Positions 10,178 through 19,480 of a stretch of 64,000 nucleotides of DNA are shown piece after piece. The notes beneath the pieces were generated by a model. The model was given only the letters and a program-made list of their open reading frames with translations. It had not been told where the DNA came from and ran no database searches. Every line of letters begins with the position of its first letter. The stretch's first letter is position 1. The translations under genes and the position numbers were made by a program. Source of the stretch: Ostreococcus lucimarinus (Eukaryota); assembly GCA_000092065.1 (NCBI GenBank), contig CP000597.1. The stretch is one strand, 5' to 3'.

Positions 10178-10876
10178 CTACTCGGCGACGCCCCACGCCT
10201 GGCGCGCGCATTCGACGGCGTCGCTCGGTTTGGCGAGACGCAGCGTTTCCAACGCCGCGGTCGCGGTCGCGGTCCCGGCCAAACGTAAGTGCGCGCGAAA
10301 GCAACCACAGCGCGTCAGCGCGCACAGAATGCTCGCCGCACGCTCGACGCAATTTTCGTCTCGCTCGACGCGAGCGCGAATCAGTCGAACGAAATCGCGC
10401 AACGCGTCCAACCCGATCTCAACCTTGAACACTGACTCGAACGCGTCGAGCGGAAAGTCGAACAAGAATTGTGTCTTCAACGCGTCGTCGGTTCCGCACG
10501 TGCGTCGCCATGCGCGCGCGAATTCATCCGCCGTGCGCGGCGCGCGCGGCGACGGCGCGGTCAACGAACCGCCGCCGTTGACCTCGGACGCGCGCGGGCG
10601 ACGTAGATCGAACGCGACGTTCGAGATCTGAACGTCGTGACTCTGAGCCGCATGAAACACTCGCGACGTCGTCGTCGCCGCCGCCGTTCGCGATTTCTCG
10701 ATCGGTTTCAAGTTGGCTCCGAGCACGAGCTGGCGAAAGGCTTGGTAGTCGCACCGTTGCTCAGCGGCGCGCTTCTTCGCGTCGTCCACGGCGGCGCGGT
10801 GACGATCGAGTTCGAGCGCGCGAGAGAATGCGATTTCCATAGATTCGTGGCGCTGGAGCGCCCGCGGGGCGTTCAT
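10178..10876 (-). CDS. CCDC103-like protein (dynein arm assembly factor family, RPAP3_C-like domain)
   Basis: YQAFRQLVLGANLKPIEK and EFARAWRR ... LFDFPLDAFESVFKVEIGLDALRDFV resemble human CCDC103 (YEEFRGIVLASHLKPLERK; DFYRDWRR ... FQTDVGFGLLGELL). First ATG at 10876; the tool ORF starts at a TTG at 10954. Confidence 0.4.
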   Translation of the reverse strand: MNAPRALQRHESMEIAFSRALELDRHRAAVDDAKKRAAEQRCDYQAFRQLVLGANLKPIEKSRTAAATTTSRVFHAAQSHDVQISNVAFDLRRPRASEVNGGGSLTAPSPRAPRTADEFARAWRRTCGTDDALKTQFLFDFPLDAFESVFKVEIGLDALRDFVRLIRARVERDENCVERAASILCALTRCGCFRAHLRLAGTATATAALETLRLAKPSDAVECARQAWGVAE

Positions 10877-11015
10877 CGTCGACGATGGTACGAGGGGAAG
10901 AGTGACGCCGCGCGTGGCGCGACGAAGTAGTGGATATTTTTTCTCGGATAACAAACTTCAACGCGTTTCCGCATTGAGGGATCAACCAAACGCTGCGATT
11001 CGCGGGCTAAGGCGC

Positions 11016-12293
11016 TTAGTACACCTCGACGTGCCATTGGCCCTTCTTCTTGAGGCCTTCGAGCCATTCTTCGTAGCTGATGCCCTTCTCCTTGCACACG
11101 CCTTCCAACATGGACAAGATGCCCGGCATCATACCCTTGAGACCGCAGAAGTACATGTGAGCGCCGCCGTCGAGGAGTTGGAACACTTGGTCCTTGTACT
11201 CTTCAACCTTGTCTTGGATGTACATCTTACCACCGTTCTTGTTGGTGTCTTCGCGGGAGAGCGCGTAGTCGATGCGGAACTGATCCGGGAAACGCTTGGC
11301 GCACTCTTGGAACTCGTCGTCGTACAACTTGGCGTCAGAGTTAGCGACACCCATGAACAACCACGCGAGACCCTTGAATTCCCAGTTCGGGACGTCTTCG
11401 AGGAAGAATCGGCGAATGTAGGAGCGCATCGGGGCGATACCGGTACCGGTGGCGACCATGATGACCGGCGTCGCCGGGTCCTTCGGCAAGAGCATGACTT
11501 GACCAGTCGGGCCAGTCATCATGACTTCGGCACCCGGCTTGGCGTCGCACAAGAAGTTGGAGCAGATGCCCTTCTTGGCCGGATCTTCGGCGTTCATTTC
11601 CGGATCCCAGTACGTCGCACGGCGAACGCACAAGGTCGCGGTTTGGCCGTCGTAGGAGTCGCCGTAACGGGACGACGCGATGGAGTACAAGCGCACGCCG
11701 TGCGGCACTTCCTTACCCTTGGAGTTCACCTTGGTACCCGGCGGGATGACACCGTACGATTGACCTTCCCAGAACGGCATCTTACCACCGTGTTCGATGA
11801 TGATGTGGCACGTTTCGCCAGTCGCGTTCGGGCCGACGATGCGCTCGACGGAGCGCACCTTACCCGTGAACGGTTCCTTGTTCTTGAACGTGTTCAACGG
11901 AAGCGGCATGTCCTCGAGCTCGAGCGGCACCTTCGCGCGTCCCTTCGGGTCGATGTTCTTGTTCGCCGTCGGCGAGCACTGCAAGCCGAGACCGTAGTCC
12001 GTGCCTTCGGCGCGCACCACCGCCGTCGCGCGGCGCGCCTTGGTTTGGCGCGCCGCGTTGATCTTCGCGCCGGCGAACGCGGAAACCTATCGCACCGCGT
12101 CATCACGCGCGTCACATCGTCAGTCTCCGCGCGCATCGCATCGCGCGCCTTCGCATTCATCCCCCTCGCGCCTCCGCGCGCGTCTCGTCGCGCGCGTCGC
12201 GCTCGCCTCGCGTCTCGCCGGGTTCCAAAGCCCGATCGCCCGCCCGCTCGGTCCATCGCGCATCGCTCGGCGCACCTTCGCGGAAACGTTCAT
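11016..12293 (-). CDS. petH: Ferredoxin-NADP+ reductase, chloroplast (FNR/PetH), two coding exons: complement(join(11016..12086,12276..12293))
   Basis: Near full-length match to plant-type FNR ([48 protein letters not shown]). The tool ORF starts at an internal GTG and lacks a Met. The transit-peptide end ([28 protein letters not shown]) is in frame just after a TAG|GTT acceptor. An 18-nt micro-exon ATGAACGTTTCCGCGAAG (MNVSAK) sits at 12293..12276. Donor AAG|GTGCGCC, branch ACTGACGA, acceptor GATAG. Confidence 0.85.
12087..12275 (-). other. Spliceosomal intron between FNR start micro-exon and main exon (189 nt, phase 0)
   Basis: Donor GTGCGCC (minus strand), branch GAGACTGACGATG 32 nt upstream of the acceptor AG at 12088-12087. 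An in-frame TGA and TAG inside the intron explain why the ORF track splits here. Confidence 0.55.
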
Positions 12294-12892
12294 CTGCGCT
12301 CGTGGAAGCGATCGCACGATTTCATTCCATTCGTCAGTCCTCCGCGCGCGTCTCGCGCGCGTTCGCCTTCGTCGTCGCGTCCCGTCGAAGCGATCGCCGT
12401 CGACCCGCGATCGCCGCGCGTCGATCGCCGCGCGTCGCGTTTTTCCCGCCGTTCGCGCGCGCGCGTCCCTACGCGCGCGCGCGACGGCGACGCGATCGAG
12501 CGCGCGAATATTTTTGTCGCGCGCGCGTCGCGCGCGAGACGCACCGTGAGCGCCATCGCGCGCGTCGTTCGAGAGTGTCGCGCGCGGCGCGGCGTCGGCC
12601 GACCTTATCCGAGTCTCGCGTCGTCGTGGGTGATACACGGAACATCTCTCGGGGTGGTCGGTCGCCGTTTGCGTATTGTGCGCCGCGGAACGCCATGTGT
12701 GTGGGATTTTCGTGACGACCGGCGCGTGCCCGTCATCGCGCGCGCGTCGACGCGAGACCGCGACGCGCGATGCGTGCGAACGCGAGCCCGCGCGACGCGC
12801 GTGACGCGATGCCGCCGCGCGGTGGCGCGCGCGCGACGACGCGACGCGCGACGCGCGCGACGACGCGGCGATGCGAAGGGACGCGTAACGCG

Positions 12893-13639
12893 ATGACGTC
12901 GCGCGTCGCGCGCGCGCGCGTCGTCGCGCGCGCGTCGGACGCGCGCGAGGGATCGCTGTTGGACGCGATGGACGACGCGTGCCCGGTGCCGCGGGATCAG
13001 CGGCCGCGGGCGCAGTACGAGGAGCTCAGGGACGGGGTGGTGCAGTCGTGGCCGACGCGCGGCGCGGCCGGCTACGCGGCGCGCGTGACGGGGCTGTTTG
13101 GGTTCTTTTACGGCGTCGTCGCGTACCCGATCGCGTGTGAGTCGTACGATCCGACGAGTCAGTTCACGGAGACGTGCGTGAGCGCGCTCGTGGGGGCGTC
13201 GGGAGCGACGGCGGCGATGGTGTTGAACATGTACAACGGGTGGTCGTACGTGCGCGACAGGTTGTTGAGCGCGACGGTGGAGTACGAGGAGACGGGGTGG
13301 TACGATGGGCAGGTGTACGTGAAGGATCCGGAGATGCTGGCGAGGGATAGACTTTTGGGGACGTACACCGTGCGACCGGTGGTGGAGATGTTGAGGAAAA
13401 CGTTGATTGGGTGCGGGGCGACGGCGATGATTTCGCTGCTCGCGCTGCGAGTCATCGACGCGCCGAGCGGGCAGGGTCGAGGCGATTTCGGCGCGCAACA
13501 AGGGTATTACTCCGAGACGTCCGCGGCGAAATATGAAGAAGACGAGGAGGAGGAGGAAGACATGGAGCAAATGCAAGCGAGCGCGTTTCGTTGGTCTTCT
13601 GACGCGGACGCTCCGGCGATCGAGATTTCCAGAGAATGA
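12893..13639 (+). CDS. DUF1230 family plastid protein (CGLD27 / Ycf36-like)
   Basis: CPVPRDQRP..QYEEL and TVEYEETGWYDGQVYVKDPEMLARDRLLGTYTVRPVV match the conserved DUF1230/CGLD27 core. An Arg/Ala-rich transit-like N-terminus starts at the ATG at 12893 (MTSRVARARVVARA). The tool ORF extends to an ATG at 12770. Confidence 0.6.
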   Translation: MTSRVARARVVARASDAREGSLLDAMDDACPVPRDQRPRAQYEELRDGVVQSWPTRGAAGYAARVTGLFGFFYGVVAYPIACESYDPTSQFTETCVSALVGASGATAAMVLNMYNGWSYVRDRLLSATVEYEETGWYDGQVYVKDPEMLARDRLLGTYTVRPVVEMLRKTLIGCGATAMISLLALRVIDAPSGQGRGDFGAQQGYYSETSAAKYEEDEEEEEDMEQMQASAFRWSSDADAPAIEISRE

Positions 13640-13703
13640 ATAGATTTTGCTGCGTAGTTTGTCAATTCTAAACCCCCTAGTGTAACTCCCTTCTACCTAC
13701 TTA

Positions 13704-15758
13704 CTACTGCTCCCCGTTCGCCTCGAGCGTCTGGAGCGTGCTGGCGAACCGCACGCACACCTCGGCGTGCAGCGGGAGCGGCGCGCGAATGCTTCCAAAT
13801 TCATCCGCGATGTTTTCGCTCAAGCACATCATTCCGAGCTGCGACAGACGCGTGGCGTATAGCGCGGCCAAATGCTTCAGCGTGTTCATATCTGTCGTGG
13901 CGTCGAGCGCTCGCACGCGCGCGCTCGATACGTTGGTGTTGAATGCGACGCGGAATGATTTCTGCGCACACGGCGGCGCCGCGTACGTCTTGACGGTCTT
14001 GGTCTCCTCGACGCTCTCCGCGACGAATGACACATCGCGCGCCGTGGTCGGCACCAGGGCGGCGATGCGCGCGGGCACGGAGTCGGGCTCAAAGCATGTC
14101 ATCTCCAGACGCGTCAAGAAATCGCGATCGAGCGGTGCGGGCGCAGCTTTGCACGCTGTTTCCAGCGCCGCGCGCTCCGCCGATGACGGCGCACCCAGGC
14201 GACAAATCGCCGCGCGCTGAAACTTTAATCGCTCATTCGCTTTCGCGCCGTACGCGAACGCCAACTGCTCGGCGAGTGCGCTCGTTCGATCTATGAGCCA
14301 TCGCAAGCCAGTCGCGAGGCAGTCGGCCTCGTCCGCGAACGGTTCGGCCTCGAGCGTGAGGAATTCGCCGTGTGAGTCGGACCACGAGGCGACGATCCAT
14401 CGCGACGCCGCCACGACGTACGCGCAGTGCAAGCCACGAACACGCGAGTCGTCGTCGTCGATTTCGGGCGTCAACGTGTATAGCGGCTCGTACGCGGGAA
14501 ACGGTGGGAGATTGCGCTCGCTCGACGTCTCTGGAATCCTAAACAACGGGTGCGGCGTTCGCCTGCCGACGACGGCGGCGCCCGAGACGCCCTCGCGCCC
14601 GTCCGTCGTCTCGGAGGTGCGAAAACTTCGCGGGGCATCGTTGAGATGATCGTTCGGGAGCGACAATCCCCGCGTCACCGTAGGTCTGGTGAGTTTAGTG
14701 AAGACGTTGAACGCCATCGCTCGCACGCTCGTGGATGACCAAGAGTACGCGTCTTCGCACCACGACGACGGAATCGCTTGCACGGAGACGGACAAGAAGC
14801 GTCGCGCCACCGACGCCGTCGCGGCGCTCATGACGTGCGATGCGAGCGCGATCACGGTCAAGGCGTCGATATCTTCGACTTCGTCGGGAATGACGACGTA
14901 AATCACGCACATTCGCGGACCGAGCGCGCCGAGCTCAGCCGCGCGCTGCGCCGCCGCGCTCAACGTTCTCGAATACCGCTCCAACGCCGAAAGCGTCGAC
15001 GCGCTCGCACCGTCCTCGGCGCCGTCGAACAAGCCCGCGTCGTCGCCTTCGACCATCGATGCGTGCGTCCCCAGCCCCAGCGCCGCGTACTCGCGAGAAA
15101 TCTCTCGCATCACCGTCGCCGCGCCGCGTCTCGCGCGTTCGCTCGTCGTCTCCCCCGCGCACACCGCGTACGCGCAATCCTTCCCTCTCCCCGCGTACGG
15201 CTCAAACGGCGCCGCGCGCCACCGCTCCACGCACTCCTCCACCGCGCACGTCCCATCTTTCCCTCCCACGTCCAACCAATCCCCTTGATACCGCGTCCTG
15301 ATCCCCCGCCCCGTCGTCGCCGCCGTCGCCTCGCGCGTCCCGCCCGCCCCCCGTGCCTCGTCGTCTCTCCCTCCCATCCCGCACTTCGCCCGCGCCCGCG
15401 TCGCCGCCGCGCGTCTCACCGGATCCCCAGCGCTCATCGCCGCGCGCGCCGCGATCGCCAGCGCCTCCGCGTCGCGCAGCGTCGCCGCGAACGCCGTCGC
15501 CCGCGCGCGCGCCGGCGTCCGCCGCGTCCGCGCGCGCCCGCGATTCCTCCCTCCCTCGTCGCGCCCGCGCGCGCGCGCGCGCGCGCGTGGCGATCGACGC
15601 GTCGCCGGCGTCGGCGTGTTCGCGATCCACGGCGCGACGTACGGGCGTCGATACGGCGTCGCGCGCGTCGAGGAGCGCGTCGTCGTCGTCGCGTCGTCGT
15701 CGCTCGCGCGTCGCGCGTCGTCGCTCGAGCGTCGCGCGTCGCGCGCGGGCGAGTCCAT
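13704..15758 (-). CDS. Mediator complex subunit Med13-like protein (C-terminal Med13_C-like domain), putative
   Basis: RGLHCAYVVAASRWIVASWSDSHGEFLTLEA ... ICRLG resembles the MED13 C-terminal region ([28 protein letters not shown] ... IGRLG). The long low-complexity N-terminus starts at the ATG at 15758. It is much shorter than metazoan MED13, so the assignment is tentative. Confidence 0.35.
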   Translation of the reverse strand: MDSPARDARRSSDDARRASDDDATTTTRSSTRATPYRRPYVAPWIANTPTPATRRSPRARARARGRDEGGRNRGRARTRRTPARARATAFAATLRDAEALAIAARAAMSAGDPVRRAAATRARAKCGMGGRDDEARGAGGTREATAATTGRGIRTRYQGDWLDVGGKDGTCAVEECVERWRAAPFEPYAGRGKDCAYAVCAGETTSERARRGAATVMREISREYAALGLGTHASMVEGDDAGLFDGAEDGASASTLSALERYSRTLSAAAQRAAELGALGPRMCVIYVVIPDEVEDIDALTVIALASHVMSAATASVARRFLSVSVQAIPSSWCEDAYSWSSTSVRAMAFNVFTKLTRPTVTRGLSLPNDHLNDAPRSFRTSETTDGREGVSGAAVVGRRTPHPLFRIPETSSERNLPPFPAYEPLYTLTPEIDDDDSRVRGLHCAYVVAASRWIVASWSDSHGEFLTLEAEPFADEADCLATGLRWLIDRTSALAEQLAFAYGAKANERLKFQRAAICRLGAPSSAERAALETACKAAPAPLDRDFLTRLEMTCFEPDSVPARIAALVPTTARDVSFVAESVEETKTVKTYAAPPCAQKSFRVAFNTNVSSARVRALDATTDMNTLKHLAALYATRLSQLGMMCLSENIADEFGSIRAPLPLHAEVCVRFASTLQTLEANGEQ

Positions 15759-15865
15759 GCCGGCGTCGTGGTGGACGAGGCGCGTCGATCACCGCGCGCG
15801 CGACGCCCGCGGCGTCGGTCGCGCGTCGCCGCGTCGCGCGCGTCGCCGGGGACGGTTGGACGGGC

Positions 15866-16029
15866 GTTCGGACGCCGAATGTCCGAATCGTGTTCGAATC
15901 GTGTGCGTAAACAGTGCGACGATGGTTTGCACATCGGTCGGACGGACGTTCGGACGCCGAATGTCCGAATCGTGTTCGAATCGTGTGCGTAAACAGTGAG
16001 ACGATGGTTTGTACATCGGTCGGACGGAC
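15866..16029. repeat. Tandem direct repeat, 2 x 82 bp (about 97% identical) with nested GAATCGTGT sub-repeats
   Basis: Copy 1 is 15866..15947 and copy 2 is 15948..16029, differing at 2 positions. It lies in the divergent 5' region between the Med13-like gene (ATG 15758, minus) and the cyclin gene (ATG 16660, plus). Internal sub-repeats: ccgaatgtccgaatcgtgttcgaatcgtgtgcg. Confidence 0.9.
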
Positions 16030-16659
16030 GCTTTTTCAAACGTTTTTCAAACCGACGCGCGCGCGAACCGACGGCGCGACACGCGCGCGCGCGCCCGCGA
16101 GCGCGCCTCACGCGCGGGCGACGCGGGACGACGCGGGAATAATACTCGCGCGGGCGACGCGCGTCGCGCGCGAACGCACGGCGCGAACGGACCGTCGGGC
16201 ACGGACAGAACGCGTCGAACGGCGCGAGGCGCGTTTAAACGACGCGCGGTCGCCATGGCGAACGTTCGACGGTCCGCGCGCGCGCGCGGCGCGGCGACGG
16301 GGAAACCGACGGCGACGCGCGGGCGACAAAATTCTCAACCGTTGATCGATCTCACGAATCGCGGCGGCGCCGCGCGGGGGCGCGCGCGGACGGGCGCGAG
16401 CGAGGCGAGGGGCGACGGCGAGGCGAAGCGGGCGCGCGGCGACGGGGGCGACGACGACGGCGCGAGCGAGGCGCGGGCGAAGGCGACGAAGCGGGCGCGG
16501 AGTCGAGAGAATGATTTTCGATGCACGGAATCGATGGACGCGACGAGAGGTACGTTTGATGGGAAGGGCGCATTGCGGGTTTGAATTCGCGCTCGAAGAG
16601 TTTGAAAAAATTCAAACGACTGACCGCGCGGTGTTTGAACGACAGCGACGGCGAGAGGA

Positions 16660-17909
16660 ATGGTGGCGACGAACAGCGTGGATTATCCGTTTAGCGTCAG
16701 GGGAGGAAGACGGGAGCAGGAACGGGTGAAGGCGAACGTGTTGGCGCCGTACGTGGTGGATGGGAAGTATTTCAAGTGCGTGATTTGAGACGAGCGAGCG
16801 AACGCGCGCGAACGCGAAGACGTTTGAATTCGAAACGGCGACGACGGATTCGAGGATGAGAATTCGGAGGGTGATGCGACGCGTCGTCGATCGTGATGGG
16901 CGTCGCGAGATGTTGGTGATCAAACGCGGGCGCGCGCGGGCGTTGGGGGGATTTCGCGACGTGGATGGGTGGCGGTACATTTACAAGTTTGAGAGACTGA
17001 CGACGCGTTTAAAACTCGTTCAACCTTCGCAGCGTGGCGATTCGACAACAGCTCGTCGATTGGATGGCGGAACAGCACAATGCGATGTCGCTCACGGATG
17101 AGACGTTACATCTTGCGATCGTGTACGTGGATACGTTCTTGACGCATCGAGTTCCGGATACGTTTTTGCAGCGACACGGAAGCGGGAGCGAGCCTGTGGA
17201 AGCCAAGCCGCTGCGCGCGCTCGACGGCGACAGAGTTTTGCACGCTATGGATGCGCAACATCCTTTGTGCAACAAGCTCAAGCGCTTGGGCATCACGTGT
17301 GTATTCGTTGCGGCGAAAGTGACGGAAGTAACGACGCCTTCGGCGAACGTTTTCGCGCGCTATGCACAAGTGTCGTCGTTCACGCGCGAGCAGCTCTTGC
17401 TCGCCGAGCGCGCGCTGTTGCGAGAGATGAACTACGCGCTGATCCGCCCGACGGCGTTTTCGTTCGCCGAAGCCTACGTCGAGAGCGTTTTGCGCTCGAC
17501 GAATCGACTGCGAAGATTCCCCGATCGAATCGACTTTTGCGGTTCCGGGTTCGCCGACTACGGTGACATGCCGACGTGCTTCAAGGAGACGACGTACTAC
17601 TTGGTCGAGCTCTCGGCGTACGGACACGAGGGATTGAAATTCGCGCCATCACTCCTCGCCGCCGCCGCTGTGGCTTCATCGCTATCGTACTTGAAGATCA
17701 CTTGGGACGAGGTGCCGATCCTGGAAGAAGTCGTCGGATACACTTCAGACGAGCTCAAAGAACCGATTGATTTCTTGCGACGCGTTGCGCGAGACGCGCA
17801 AATGATCGAGGAGTGGGGCGAAGGTTTGATGGTGAACGAGAAGTATGAAGGATGTTCAAACTTTGTTTTCAGTGAGATTAACTCGGAGGGTGACCCGACG
17901 AGACGCTGA
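16660..17909 (+). CDS. Cyclin (two cyclin folds), two exons: join(16660..16775,17033..17909)
   Basis: Cyclin-box motifs (RQQLVDWMAEQHNAMSLTDETLHLAIVYVDTFL; second fold MPTCFKETTYYLVELSAYG...). The tool ORF starts at an internal GTG with no Met. The upstream exon has ATG at 16660 (MVATNSVDYPFSV...VVDGKYF), donor CAA|GTGCGTG at 16776, branch ACTGACGA at 16995-17002, and acceptor CTTCGCAG at 17032. The phase-2 junction gives ...KYFN|VAIRQQLVDW. Confidence 0.7.
16776..17032 (+). other. Spliceosomal intron in cyclin gene (257 nt, phase 2)
   Basis: GTGCGTG donor, ACTGACGA branch 31 nt upstream of a pyrimidine-rich CAG acceptor. An in-frame TGA lies 4 codons into the intron. Confidence 0.5.
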
Positions 17910-17964
17910 AGGTAACATATAGAGAGGGTGGGTATATAGAGAGAGTTATAGAGAGTGTGTATGT

Positions 17965-17988
17965 TTTGCGACTCGCGCGAGTCGCAAA
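17965..17988. terminator. 24-bp perfect palindrome tttgcgactcgcgcgagtcgcaaa in convergent 3' spacer (cyclin / TauE)
   Basis: A self-complementary GC hairpin flanked by T/A runs in the AT-rich 350-bp spacer between two convergent genes. It is a candidate 3'-end or termination element for either transcript. Confidence 0.4.
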
Positions 17989-18260
17989 CCCGTAAAATAT
18001 AGCAGCGACGCGGTGCGTAACCGACGTCGTCATTGATATGAAACGATATTAGGGCGCGATATGTATCTTGGATATTGAAAACCAGCGATGGATTTCACGC
18101 GCAAATTAGAACCGTGAGTAATGTTAATGACAACGACTTCTTATTGAAGATTTAAACAACGCACGCGCGCCGCCGACGCGTCTGATAATCAATGAAAGGA
18201 TTTGCAAAGGAATCTGGCGGCATGGGCAATAATATGAAAACAACGGGAGCGTGAAGCGAT

Positions 18261-19151
18261 TTATTTCAGCATGGAAACCCCGCTGGAAATGAGCGCGACG
18301 ACGATGAATTGTTTCACGTGCGCCTCGGGAATTTGCAGCGATAGGTTCTTCGCCACGAGATACGAACACGCCATCGCGGATCCCGCCAAGAGCGCGGCCG
18401 ATCGGAATTTTACGTTCCCGTTCCTAAAGTGCGCCGTACTCACCGCCAAATTCGTCAACACCGTCGCCAAGAGCGCGGTCCCACAAATCCTATGCACCTC
18501 CATATCCGTCATCCCCGTGAGATACGCCGACACCAATACCCCGCCGCCGACGCCCACCGTCCCTTGCAGTAACCCACACGCCACACCGAGCGCCAGCATC
18601 TCCCGCTCCCCACGCAGCGCTTCCATCCATCCGCCCCACTTATCGTGTCGATCTAAAAACTGATTCCGCACGATTTCCCACGTATTCGTCGCCGGTTCCC
18701 GCTCGCGTTTAATCGCCCAGCCCTCCTTCGCGTCCTTCCCCGCTTCCTCCACCTCCTCCGCGTGCTTCTTCAGCATCGCGCTCGGCGAGCACAGTATCAA
18801 CGCTCCCCCGAGCATCTTTCGCAGCGTCTTTCCGCTCAACCGTTTCGCGAGCAACTGTCCCACCGGCGTGCACGCCGCGCCGACGCAGCCCACCGTCACC
18901 GCCGCCGGGACATCGCTCACGCCGTTCTGCGCGTACGCGAAGCTCCCGGCCGCGGTCGCGCCCGTGACGGCGACGACGGCGGTGCCGACGATGTGTCGCG
19001 CCTCGTATCCGAGCTTGCTCAGGGCGGGGATGAAGACGACGGCGCCGCCGAGGCCGGTGACCGCGGACACGGAACCGGCGAATCCACCGCTGGCGACGGT
19101 GAACGCGCCGCGGACGAGCGAGGACGCGCGCGCGAGGTGAGGAGACGCCAT
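18261..19151 (-). CDS. TauE/SafE (TSUP) family membrane transporter (sulfite/anion exporter-like)
   Basis: Two internally repeated halves with Gly-rich TM motifs (GLGGAVVFIPAL; GVGGGVLVSAYL) typical of PF01925. ATG at 19151. Confidence 0.7.
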   Translation of the reverse strand: MASPHLARASSLVRGAFTVASGGFAGSVSAVTGLGGAVVFIPALSKLGYEARHIVGTAVVAVTGATAAGSFAYAQNGVSDVPAAVTVGCVGAACTPVGQLLAKRLSGKTLRKMLGGALILCSPSAMLKKHAEEVEEAGKDAKEGWAIKREREPATNTWEIVRNQFLDRHDKWGGWMEALRGEREMLALGVACGLLQGTVGVGGGVLVSAYLTGMTDMEVHRICGTALLATVLTNLAVSTAHFRNGNVKFRSAALLAGSAMACSYLVAKNLSLQIPEAHVKQFIVVALISSGVSMLK

Positions 19152-19480
19152 CGAACGCGCGACGCGCGCGGCGAAGGCGCGAGCCGCGGCGCGACGCGGC
19201 GCGAAGTGGCGGGGCGGTTTTCAGGGTCGAACTGAGGGTCTGGGACTCAAGGGGAGGGACTCAAAAGGGCCGTGTTTTTTGTGTCATCGCGTAAAGACGA
19301 GACGAGAGGATCGCGCGGCGGGGGCGAACGACGACGACGACGTCTTCGGGAACGATCTCGAGTCGTAATAATTGAGTTCAAATAAAAAGTCAGTCACTCG
19401 CGAGAGACTTCTAGTAGTTATAGGGAATTAACAGCGCGTGGTGGACGCGCGGCGCGCGAATGATCGGCGACGCGCGGCGC

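Noticed and set aside
12087-12130. A 29-nt mini-intron (GTGACGCGCGTGATGACGCGGTGCGATAG) joining an [15 protein letters not shown] exon to FNR.
   Set aside because: 29 nt is too short for a spliceosomal intron in this lineage. The resulting N-terminus is acidic and not transit-like. The alternative 189-nt intron with the GTGCGCC donor gives a proper transit peptide.
15866-16029. tRNA-like gene inside the 82-bp tandem repeat (contains GTTCGAATCG resembling a T-loop).
   Set aside because: No complementary acceptor stem, no anticodon-arm structure, and the TTCGAAT is flanked by direct (not inverted) repeats. I found no convincing cloverleaf on either strand.
16521-16645. Possible cyclin 5'UTR intron (GAG|GTACGTTTGA at 16550 ... 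CGACTGACC at 16617 ... GAACGACAG at 16645).
   Set aside because: The branch motif and a GTACGT donor are present, but the branch-acceptor spacing (22 nt) is shorter than in all confident cases. No coding consequence can be tested. Left as unconfirmed.
19361-19440. TauE 5' region: GAGTGACTGACTTTTTATTTG...CGAG as a 5'UTR intron end.
   Set aside because: The acceptor would be GAG|A (poor), and the required donor would fall inside the neighbouring CTL gene 3'UTR. More likely this is the AT-rich terminator/promoter spacer.
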